Source of the DNA: Trichinella spiralis
Lineage: Eukaryota
Reading direction: 5' to 3'
Assembly: GCF_000181795.1 (NCBI RefSeq)
Contig: NW_003526941.1
Location: 5,929,008-5,993,007, forward strand
Length of the DNA: 64,000 bases
The stretch's first letter is position 1; each line of letters begins with the position of its first letter. The position numbers and the translations under genes are program-made. Below the pieces are notes generated by a model. It saw only the letters and a list, made by a program, of their open reading frames with translations, ran no database searches and was not told the DNA's origin. Positions 52,902-64,000 of the stretch are shown one piece after another.

Positions 52902-54398
52902 TCACGTGAAACTGTTGATGTGATTGCTGGGCCCTTCCATTTGGGTCAGCACACGGTCGAGCCACTGCAACGGGCCGTTCAAGTGCAATTCGATCCAACA
53001 GGGAGTCGATGTGATCGTCTGACGTCGATATTCCGCACCCCAACCTTTGACAAAGCTGACTCGTATGGTGCACATGCGTGTCAACGCGTAGACCGCCTCG
53101 AAGCCCTGGGGTACTGACATCGACAACAGGGCTGCGAATTCTTGGTTGTTGAAAATTTTCAAATTACATCCCGGCGGCACTTTGCAAACCGTGGCCGGGT
53201 GCCAGCCGTAACGCTGGTTGCAGTTGGGACTTTGGACGAATATGGCCGACTCGCTCATGCATTCGGCGAACACTTCGCCACCGATGTAGTAGAACCGCGC
53301 CCCTCGACCGACGTGCTTGCGAGCTTCGACCACGTTCGGCGTGCGGTTCACGTTCGACAACAAGCCCAAACAGAAGCGTTCCGCGTTCGACGGATCGCAA
53401 AATCCGTCCACGGTCAGCGACGGCTGACTGGCGTGGAACGTCTCGCCCAGACGTTTGTTCATCTCGTAATAGCTGACCGAACACCAGAACGGCGGTTCAC
53501 AATATTCCACGGTCAGGCATTCGGGATGCAATGCCGGTCCACGCATCAACGACGCCGTATCCACAGCACCGTTCATCGGTGATTCTTGCTGTTCATGCTG
53601 GTGTTGTTGTTGCTGGTGCTGCTGCTGGTGTTGCTGGTGCTGCTGCTGCTGATGTTGTTGTTGTTGTTGTTGTTGCTGCTGCTGCTGCTGGTGGTGGTCC
53701 ATCGTTTCACTTTCTTCGCTCAAGTAACCGGTCATCGGTGAGTCGACGGTCAGTGGTATTATTGGATATGTCGGTGCATCCGGACCCGGAAAGTCGACAT
53801 TGTCCGGCACGCCGGAATTTTCAAATTTCGACACCAACGGTAACCGGAACATCTCCATACGGTCAATTGGACCGCCGTTTTCGGCGCCGTTCAACATACC
53901 CGGTGCCAACGACTCGGCTCCGTTGGTGAAATTCTTAGGAACCAATATTGGCGGCAGGACCGGGTTCTCAATTTTGTCATAGTGGTACGGATTGACGCAC
54001 ACTTCTTCCTTTTTCAAATTGAAAGCATACTGACAATGGGGCACCGGCTTGAGCTGATGATGGGACTGCAGGTCGGGAAAGCGCCACATTTTGCAATAGA
54101 TGACGTGCGGCAAGCCTTTGCGTTGCGAAACTTGCAAACGACCGTCCAACGATCGCGGTATTGTGATGCACTTGGTCGACGGATCCTGCGTGGTGATCGT
54201 CTTGTCCAGCTCCTCGACCAGGCCGGATTTTTTCAATTTTTTCACCAAACTCTTCACCGCTTTTTCGCACCACTTTCGATCCTCGTCCCGTTCGGCCACA
54301 CCCTCCGGAGCCAAACGCAACGCTACCAACTTTTTCACAATCGGATTCGGCGGACTCAACAAACCGCTCGTAAACATCGACATCATATTCGCTGCCAT
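52902..54398 (-). CDS. SMAD2/3: Receptor-regulated Smad, TGF-beta/activin type (Smad2/3-like), intronless, 498 aa
   Basis: MH1 ([32 protein letters not shown]), a polyQ linker and MH2 ([29 protein letters not shown]). The L3 loop has the R/T residues of the Smad2/3 class. Confidence 0.96.
   Translation of the reverse strand: MAANMMSMFTSGLLSPPNPIVKKLVALRLAPEGVAERDEDRKWCEKAVKSLVKKLKKSGLVEELDKTITTQDPSTKCITIPRSLDGRLQVSQRKGLPHVIYCKMWRFPDLQSHHQLKPVPHCQYAFNLKKEEVCVNPYHYDKIENPVLPPILVPKNFTNGAESLAPGMLNGAENGGPIDRMEMFRLPLVSKFENSGVPDNVDFPGPDAPTYPIIPLTVDSPMTGYLSEESETMDHHQQQQQQQQQQQQHQQQQHQQHQQQHQQQQHQHEQQESPMNGAVDTASLMRGPALHPECLTVEYCEPPFWCSVSYYEMNKRLGETFHASQPSLTVDGFCDPSNAERFCLGLLSNVNRTPNVVEARKHVGRGARFYYIGGEVFAECMSESAIFVQSPNCNQRYGWHPATVCKVPPGCNLKIFNNQEFAALLSMSVPQGFEAVYALTRMCTIRVSFVKGWGAEYRRQTITSTPCWIELHLNGPLQWLDRVLTQMEGPSNHINSFT
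53591..53700 (-). repeat. CAG/CAA repeat encoding the poly-Q/H tract in the Smad linker
   Basis: [37 protein letters not shown] in the ORF translation. Confidence 0.95.
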
Positions 54399-55094
54399 TC
54401 AGCCAACAACGTCAACGACACATCAATTCTTTAAACAACAACAAAACACATATTACAATCGAAAGAAATAAAACAAAATTTTCAATTATTAAATAATATG
54501 CAAAACCATACATACAACAACACCAACACGCTCGTTTCATAATAATACGAATAATATGCGTAGTAAGTACCAAAGCGTACGTACTCGGTACGTCAATAGT
54601 TTGCTCAGAGTCTATTTCACGTTTAGAAACGCACTGCTTCGAGATTAAAGAGGTTCTTTTTCTCACCACGCAATATTTATATAAATCAATATTGATATCG
54701 CAGAAAATATCGCTTCATCTAACAAAGCTCATTGGCCTATTGTGCAAAATATATATATAAATGCAAAAATTATACAATTTAACTTTTACCCTTACGATTA
54801 TTACGGATAGAATTCTTTCCCCCCCCCCAAAAAAAAGAAATTGAAATTATTACTACATGTTGCATAAATAGACAAATGTCAACTGCATCATAGGTGCAAT
54901 AAATCAGCTACTGAATATTCCATGAAACCGTTTTCGAAAAAAATGCAAAAGATGAAAGAAAATATACGGTTCACTTGTCGGCAAACTGGACTGAAATGTT
55001 CATTAAAAAGCAATGCTAGAAATGAATAAAATGGAAAGATCAAATGGCTTTTTCTCATTTCACCATGTCAATGCGGAAACAAGACACACAACTG

Positions 55095-55131
<37 letters not shown>
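55095..55131. repeat. (ATC)n microsatellite
   Basis: About 12 perfect trinucleotide units. Confidence 0.95.
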
Positions 55132-55132
<1 letters not shown>

Positions 55133-58100
55133 AGAAGCAATTAATAATAATTTCTTGAAAATTCACATTCTTTGAAAGAGAAAAAATACCAAAAATCAAT
55201 GCATTCCCTCCCCCCCTCCTCAGATTGATCATAAGTGAAACAACACTAAAGAGAACGAGCATGAACATCATGCGAATAATTCTAATTGAAATCACCAATA
55301 AAAAAGGAAAAGAACTTTGAAAAAAACTATCATTTCTCTTAACGACAGTTTTTTCAAATAACAAATTACATTTCTCACAAGTAAGAAATTAAAAAAAAGA
55401 AGAAGAAGAAGAAATAATACAAAAAAAATATATCAACAACATGTTTTTCCAACCAAACAAGCAACAAAGAAGAAGGAAAACATAATAAAATTTTTAATAA
55501 TAAATCATGCTTACAGTAAGTCGCAAGTGAAAAAGACCCGCTCGCGCTTATTCAACACGACGTACAATGATGGCTAATTATTTTTTTCCCTCTTAGCAAA
55601 ATCAGCAAATGCTTGTTGAATTAAAAAAAAAGAAAAGAACGATATCGTGCCAACGCCCAACTGGTACGACAATAACAAGTGAGGCACGCAATAATAGGCA
55701 AAAGATGCTGCCAGTTGCCTGCCGAAGCCGAACGAAATCGAAACTGATTAAACAACAATTGCTCAAAGAAATCAGCCTGCTATTTGTCGTTGTTGAAGAA
55801 GTTTTCGCTCAATTTTTCTTTTATTCAATACTGATTAATTAATTAATTAATTAATTTTTGGTTCTCGGTTTTCTTTTATTTTTTTTTGGAAAATAAATTC
55901 AAAATTTCAAACTGTTCCACTTTGCTGTTGCTGTGCTGGACTGAAAATACGGAAAAGCAGTTGAATTTTCAAAAATCGGGGACAACACTATATTTTTTCG
56001 CGAAGTAAAGCAAAGCAAAGCAAAGCGGGCAGCCGTTCAACTAAATCATCCGTCCAGTAGACGACGCCACAAAGCTGGCTAATTTCAAATTTGGCACAAA
56101 CGGCACACGCACGTTCAGCGATGTCAGAAGCAACAAAATATGCAAAAAACAGCTTGCAAAAATATAATATTGTTGCGGTTTCTTCCCAAAAAATTTCAAA
56201 AAACTTGTCACTACACGCTTCAAGCCCGGGAAAGTAAATAAACAAAACAAAAATTAAAGAAAAAACATTTTAAAAAAGGGCATGAATAGTTTGATAGTTA
56301 AATTGCATCAATTATTGTTTACAAAATGTGCAATGATAAAAAAATATAATCATCAATGGAAAATTATTGTTGCATTAAAATGTAAGCCTCATATTTCTTC
56401 GATATGAAAAAACAACAACATCAGTGCAACAGCAAAGTCATCAAGTGACTCTTGTAAATGTACTGTACGAAAAAATGCGACCAAAGCTGTGCAGAAAAGC
56501 TTTGCCAAAAACGACCTTGTCTCAGAAGGGTCGATGGTGATTGGAAAAATGCTTTTATCTCACTGCGATCAATGGACGCCGTTTAACATGATCGTATCAT
56601 TCGATCAACAAATTTTACATTTCAATAGATCGCACAACAAATGAAAAAATGCAACTTCAAAAAACAAATAAACAACGCAAAATACACTGCGCACGGGAAA
56701 ATAATCGAAATTCAATTCTCTTACCGAATTTCCGTTCCACTTTGAATAATGAAAGGGGTAAAAATCGGCGCATTGATGAGAAAAAACTTTTAATAATATT
56801 CAAACTCATTTCAGCAACGTACAGTAGACAAAAAACGCTCTCCAGTAAAAATAATTAAGTTCACTCGAATAACAATCAGATCACTGTTAGCTGAACGTTG
56901 CAAAAATAGTATGATTAAGCAAAAAAAGTTTATTTTGATAATTTATGCTAATTATTTATTTTTTTAACGCCTTTAATTAATAATAAAGTGATGAAAAAAA
57001 ACATTCCACCAACGCCATCTATCATCCATCAACAGCAAATAAAGCGAACGATGCGATTGGAAAACAAAATGATAATTAACGAAGCATAAATAATAAAAGC
57101 AGAAAATAATTAAAGCAAAATTATTTAATTAAGTAAGATATTTGTGTTTTTTTAATAACAAAGTGATAAAAAAAGAGTATGATGAACAAAACACATCATT
57201 ATGAGATATGGTTCACCTTCATTACTGTTTACTTCTTCTTTCTCCGGTTAGCAAATGGCTTCCAATCCCCGCTACTTACTGATGATTGTTGTCCAAAGAT
57301 GGCTGTTTGCATATAATTTATCAATTTATCATGATCAACGTTCCAAATGAATTCTTTTAATAATACAATAATGTAACAGTATCAATAGTGGAATAACTTA
57401 CCGTAATCTGCTAGTGGGATGATAATTATTATGTATTCTTTTATCCATTTCCTTATTATCTACGCAGTGGTTTATTTTCTGCTATCCCACAAGCTCAGAC
57501 AGAAAAACATGCACAAAATTGAAACATACGTTATTTAAAATTCATACCATTTTACAAATTTAGTAAAACAAAAAGCAAATATAGAAAAGAAAAACAAGAA
57601 CGATCGACAAATCCATCGTTTCAAGTTTGAAATTACCATCAGAATAAACTTGAATGCAATTGACACGGTTTTGCAGTATGTAAAATTAGTAAAGTATATA
57701 AAACTTTGAACAAACCTCAGGCATAATTGAATGAACCATCAGCAATAATGTTGTTCACATTAATCACGTTAAATGTCGAAAGTGATTATTGAGAAAATAA
57801 TTTGAAAATTTTTCCAAAGATAATTTTTCTTTTTACAATTTTCCATCGAAACGTCACGAAAATAGCAAACAAATTTCCACTATAAATTAATTAAACATTT
57901 TCACATATAGAACAAGTTTCAAAAAGCATCATTTCGCGAATTTTTTCAATCAATCAATCTTTATCATTAATATTCAATCAATCAATCAAACAATCGAAAT
58001 GATATCAATAAATGAATACTTTGTTTAAAATTGTTATTAATATCAATCAAAAGCAGAACACGAGTGTAAAAAGAATTCAAATAAACAATTCACACCGTCA

Positions 58101-58324
58101 CCAGTGAAGATTAAAAGTAAATTCGACGATTAATTAAATAAATGAAACGAAATTAATAATAATAATAATGATGATGATGATTTTCAAAAGAAAAATCACT
58201 GCGTAATAAATAATATGAAAAAAAAGAAGAAGAAAAATAAAACAGTTGCCTTGTTTGATTAATTATTGTGAACGGAGTGATTTTTATTATGTAGTTGAGA
58301 AAGATGGATAGATAGATGTATGAA

Positions 58325-61300
58325 TCAGATAATTTCGATTAGAATGCTGACAATTTGAAACGGGCCAAACTGGAGTTGAAAAGTGCCAGAATGATTCAAT
58401 GGAACCGGCTTTTCCGGGATTTCTAAACTGTTGCATGTAAAGCAACTTTTCACCCCGAATGCCAACGGTGTGATTGTCGTCTCGGCCTGGCCGCCGCAAC
58501 TTTCGTAGAAACGCAAAAGCAGCCGATCGCCGGATTCGCTCACTTTGACAGCTTCCAAAATGACAGCCGGATTTTCAATGTTCAACAAGCTGAATTGACG
58601 ATCCCAGACGGTACTGTTTTCCACAAATGGGGCTTTCAACACTCTGATTGGACAGTTCAGCTCGTAAGAAGCCTGAATCACGTTGACCGTATCCGGGTGG
58701 GCGGCCCGTTGGAATTGGCCACGATGAGGCATAACTGCATAGGAGAACTTGTGACCGCCGATGTCGGCATCGGGATCCGGTCGTTTGGGAGAACGTAGCA
58801 ACGACAAGACGAGAATATTCTTGTAACAACTGTAGCCGTATTTGCAGTCGTTCAACAACGCCATACCAGAACCGTACATGGACAAATCCGCCCACTTCTG
58901 GGCCGGCACCTCGTAACGTGCACTGTCCCAAGATGTATTACGATGGGTGGGTCTGCTCAAATGGCCAAACTGAATTTCGTACGTTGCCTCTTGACTGCGT
59001 ACATTGAGTGGAAATTGGACTTTCAAAAATTTATGCTTCTCCATCCAGATGACTGAACTGTCAAATTGGACATAAGGGCAATGGGCTTGCAAAACAATTC
59101 GCTGCTTCAAATTGCTCGACTCGCTGATCTGCAAAGTGAATTCAACCCAAGCAGTCAAACCATTCTCGGAAATGCCGAACGTCGGTCCTTCGGTTACATT
59201 GGTCAACAAACGTTTCGTCTCCAAATGGTAATCCATAACATCCCAAGCATCCCAATACAATGGCACGTCGTCGAACATGGTGAATTGATTTCCTGGCATG
59301 CCGTCGGCTATAACGTTGCAATGATCCGGCAAATTTAGACGAACTACACGCCCTCGATCATCAATAGCAATTTCAACAAATTTATTCCTAGAAAAAAGAA
59401 ATTTTTTAAATTCATTTTTTGAAAAACTCATACATAACACATACACACATACAACATAACCATACAACCCACACATACATAACACTCACTTCATCACTAT
59501 AAGTTCGTCTATCTGTTCTACATGCACACGATCGTCGATTTTACAAACAGCGTCGCGTTTGCGTATAATAGAAAATGCCGGAACCAGGTATGTGTCAGTT
59601 TCAGTGATCAATCGTCGACTCCATCCCAAAGTGTTCATCAGAAATTCACCATCGGCACTTTCGTCTAAATAATTCTCACATTCACTGGTCAATTGTTGAT
59701 ACATCCGGTTCGCTTCCACGTATGCCAATGCAATGCACGTTCCTGGCAAGACGTCGTGAAATTGATTTTGCAAAAGCTGAAGCCATTCCTTGTAAAACGA
59801 ACGTACATCACCGCCACTATCCAGTACAAAACGCATCGCTGCGAGCATTTCACAGTCGCTGAACAAATAAATAAACAAATAAATAAACAAACAGGACAGA
59901 AATAATTTTGTACCGTAAGAGAAATTCCCCTTTGCGATTCTTGCGTTTCACTTCTGCTTGGGTGGTATAGGTGCCGTTGTGCATTTCCAAGTAAAGTTCG
60001 CCAACCCACGTTAATAAATTCTGCATGTCGGTTGCTTCTACATCTTCAAAAAATGAAGCTGGCGTGGTCGGCTTCATTGCTGGACATCCAGGTAAACGTT
60101 GGGACCTCACCAGACGTTCGCACATTTCCCGTTCCGGCCCCCCTCCACCATCTCCTTTACCAAATAACAGCAACGCAGTTTCGCTTCTTCCTTTATCCTG
60201 AAATAATAATTCCAGAAAAAAGAAAGTCATTTTAATTTTACAAATATACAACTAACTTGAAAATTGGCCATCGTTTTGAAAACATCCGACACGGTGTTTT
60301 CCATTACATAACTGTTACCCGGTGGTAAATGAGCAACCACACTGGTTCCGTCAATACCTTCCCAAAGGAAAGTGGAATTTGGAAATTTGTTCACCACATT
60401 CCAGCTCAACTTTTGTGTGACAAATCGACGCATACCAGCAGAAGCAAAAATCTGTGGCAGTTGACCACTATAACCGAATGTGTCAGGCAGCCAAGCTTCG
60501 GTACAAGTGACGCCAAAGTTCTCTTTGAAATAACTTTGGCCGTACAACAGTTGACGTACAAACGATTCGCCACTTGGCAAACATCCATCATGCTCCACCC
60601 AAGCTCCACCGACTAGTACAAATCTACCCTCGTGAACACGTTTTACAATTTGTGCAAATAAATCGGGATAAAATTTTTGCACCCATCGCATCTGCAAAGC
60701 TTGACTGCAAGCAAATGTCAAATCCGGGTACTCTTCCATCAAACGCAATGTCGATGACCACGCTCTTGCACATTTGCGTTTTGTTTCAGCATATGGCCAC
60801 AGCCAAGCTGTGTCTATGTGACAATTGCCAACCGCTTGTACGGTAAAATTCAACGGACAATTTTCTTTATTACAAAAGAATCCCACGGCCAAAGCGTGGG
60901 CTTTCATGATTGATTCTTTATTCATATCTGATGCCATGTTTACCATCATATTTGCCGTATAAAGTGCTTTGTATCTGTGAAATAAAAATAATTTAGAATT
61001 GAATTTTTATTTTTCTTCCTTTTTAATTTGTACCTATCAGGTGAGTCAGCCGGCATTGCTGATATCATGCTATTCAAAACATCAAAATCCATATAGAGCT
61101 GAAAAGCCTCTTCATTTATAACAACAATTTCTGCTTTTTTAATGAAAAATTTCCTAAACGCATTAGGAGGTGCAATAGTGTCGTCGCTTCCTGCCCCAAA
61201 CATCGTATTACAAGCCACTTCGACGTAAAAAATGTATTCTAATTGATCCGGTTCGACTTTGTTGGATAATACATAAAGAGTCCGACCGGCATCACCGGAC

Positions 61301-61733
61301 AAACCCTGAGACACAGTACCATTTGAGTTCCATACGAGCACTTCACTTCCACTATCCCAAGAAAAGCAAACTTTCTCACCGATCCAATCATTTGGTATTG
61401 TACAAGTTATTCGAAACCAATAAGTCGCCCACGTTGGACTCATCTCAAAGCCTGTAATTGATTGCAAAATTTATCGAAATAATATTAACCATTATTTACA
61501 ATGAAACACTCACCCACTTCCACATCTTCCCCAAATTTTTCAATTTCTTTCATTGCTTCGTTGAACGGTGCCCTACCAAAAATTTTACATCCAAATATTT
61601 TCACTGGCTGTGTTTTTCCATAAATTTTTCCATATAAATTACAGTCTGTAAAGTATAACTTTGATACAAACTTTTCCGCTCTTTCACGTGTAGTTCGTTC
61701 ATTTTTAAACAGACTTGCCTCTACGTAAGCCAT
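58325..61733 (-). CDS. MAN2C1: Cytosolic alpha-mannosidase 2C1 (GH38)
   Basis: Multi-exon gene (exon 1 61733-61514, exon 2 from 61451). Motifs GNCHIDTAWLWP, WLPDTFGYSGQLPQ, WVGELYLEMHNGTYTTQA, QFHDVLPGT, YWDAWD and LLNDCKYG. There is no signal peptide. Confidence 0.96.
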
Positions 61734-61903
61734 CAGCTACAAAAACGCTGCAAAGAACAAAAATTGATTAAATTAACACTACTTTCACAACATACTCAAG
61801 TTATTCACTGTTCAAACGGATAATTCATTGCAAACAATGCAACAGTAAGTTTTATAAAAGTTCATTTTTATTCAGCAATTATAAATATAAATATTTTTTT
61901 AAT

Positions 61904-62327
61904 TTATTGATAATACAATTCAAAGTTGAAACCATCGTGAATTTCATAGTCATCCAATGTAATATGATCTTTGTAAACAGTGTACCACTTTTTCAGGATT
62001 ATTTTTTCTGGTCGAGTCCCAGTCTGCGCTGCAATGAGTTTCTTCAAATCGCCGATGGTGTCTGTAGTACTAAAAAATTGCAAAATAAATGATACAAAAT
62101 ATAGAATAAAACCACAACTACATAAAATTATAATACGGTTTATACAATTACTATTTTACTAAAACAAAATACATTCTAATCAGTTAAAATATGGTGAAAA
62201 TCACAAAAAACAATATGCAAATAATTGAAAAATCACTGATAAATAACGTAAAATAGTAACAGCTCAGTTACTTGCATTTAATTCGAACTTTTTTTCCTAA
62301 TCGGTCATTGCAAGTGATTTCGATCAT
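61904..62327 (-). CDS. UBL5: Ubiquitin-like protein 5 (Hub1), 73 aa, 2 exons
   Basis: Exons 62327-62272 and 62069-61904 give [73 protein letters not shown], with the diagnostic C-terminal di-tyrosine. Not in the ORF track. Confidence 0.97.
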
Positions 62328-62618
62328 ATTTTATTACTTAAAAACAGTTTACATGCAAAGCACGGAGGTGGTAAGGCTTTGTAATACAGAATAGTCAACC
62401 ATTTTCTGAAAATCAAGTTTAAATGTTTTAACCTCATTTTTATTGCTTGCTTTTCAAAAACATTTTGAAATTTAAATTTAACTTTTATTAACAAATGGTA
62501 GAAAATTTAATTATTCTGAACAGATGAAACTATATTTTAAAGTTAAAAGATAAATAATTGATCAATGAAGTTCAAAAAATCACTGCTAGATGTTTTGATT
62601 ATTAAACAGATAATAAAA

Positions 62619-63611
62619 ATGGAAGAAATCATTCAGCTTGAAAGCCTTTTAGTATGCAATGTGATTTTTTCTTTTATTAATAATTAGATGGCTGAAAAAG
62701 GAATGAAAATCAATCAATTAAACCCTGTCGTGAGTGGTAATGAAGAAAATATGCAACGTTCAAAATTGAAAAGTACAGTAGATTAATATAAAATAAATTA
62801 GTTTTTCTTAACCAATTTTGCAAGTTCAACTGATTAGTTTTTGAAAAATTTAAATAAAATCTATTTATTTGTCAATTTATGATGGATTTAGTTCACATTT
62901 CGTCTATTATTTTTGCATATTATGTCAAATTTAGTTTAAACTTATTTATAATAACGAATTGCAAGAGAATATTTGTTTCTTCTTGTTGTGGTTTTTTTCA
63001 TTCAATATTTTTTCCATAGTAGTTGAAGTCTGAAAGATAGTTGCTCGAATTGTTAAATAATTGGCAAACAAGAGAAAAGTTTCAAACAAATGCTTGTAAT
63101 TGAACAGTTGCTAATCAAGCAATAACAATATCCAGTGGAGAATTGTTGGCTGAATTGATTATGAATGAATTTTCGCTTCGGCTGTATCGACTGTTAGTTA
63201 TTGATTCTGTTTTGCAGAAAATGGCAAGTCCGGACTGCAAAAGCAGGCTGTTGTTATTATTGAAAAGCTTTGCATTGAATTTCACACGCAATCATTCGGC
63301 CAGTTGACCGACTGACAGTATCCGAGGAAAGCGCATAAAGCTAACCCAAGAATCAACTGCTGAGGTTGATATGTAAAGAGGAAGAAGCTGAAAAGCAAGC
63401 AGATTTGCTAACTTAGTAATTTTGAATAAAGAAGCGCTGTTCAGTACTGCTACAGATAGATCAACCGATGGATAAAACCTCAGCAGTGTCATTGCCATCT
63501 GTTGATAAGCAAATGCCAACAACAACAACAAGAAATGAGCATTGTCAACCTGAACGAATAACGCATGTTGATCATCAAGAAGAACTTTTTCAAGAAAGTC
63601 ACTTAAATGCC
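62619..63611 (+). pseudogene. Possible fragmentary or degraded gene divergent from UBL5
   Basis: Exon-like blocks with GT/AG edges (MEEIIQLESLL|, ~62688-62772, ~63218-63611) and coding-like composition, but I could not build a stop-free splice path. No family recognised. Confidence 0.25.
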
Positions 63612-64000
63612 GTACGTGTTATTGTTTTTCTTTTTAATGAAATTATTTTTTTGTAAAACTTGAATTTTTTTAATACAGTGCTTACACATCCACTTGTGTA
63701 CATGTTAGATGCATAGATGTAAGAATTTACCCAATTTTAACAGAAAAATATACTGAAATCAATTAGAAAATGATTATCATAAATGACATGCTTGTTTATC
63801 AGAATTATATATCTCTGTCGAGTTGATAAGAGTTCTCAGTGGACAAAATGTTATCTTAATCATTTAGACCATTTCCCCAGTTGAAGAATTGTAATAAATA
63901 AATAAAAATTGGTATCCTAACAAAATAATATTATAAAAAACTCGTTTTATTTGTTTTCTTTTTATAATTATTAAAAAGCTTCGATAATATCTAACCAAGA

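Overview
AT-rich eukaryotic genomic DNA with short GT-AG introns and one 10-N assembly gap (3080-3089). Gene content and intron style point to a nematode, probably clade I (Trichinella-like); this is an inference. Manual splicing supports these genes in order: a 62-aa RFamide neuropeptide precursor missed by the ORF track (+), a Shaw/Kv3 egl-36-like K+ channel (-) with about 14 kb of upstream non-coding DNA, RNA Pol III subunit RPC11 (-), a secreted two-ShK-domain protein (+), SDF2 (+), an RNF13/167-type PA-TM-RING ligase (+), Sec16 (-), TRUB2 (+), an HRG-1 heme transporter (-), an intronless Smad2/3 (-), cytosolic alpha-mannosidase MAN2C1 (-) and UBL5/Hub1 (-). There is also a 619-bp solo-LTR-like element inside a (TA)n tract. 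Most notable: the FLP precursor (predicted LYEEITPGLMRF-amide), the ShK pre-pro-protein, the Smad with an altered C-terminal and PY motif, TRUB2 lacking its catalytic Asp, a probable UBL5-MAN2C1 operon and a tandem array of perfect 5' splice sites. The first 10 kb is only partly explained. Exon boundaries were read by eye and no database searches were run.
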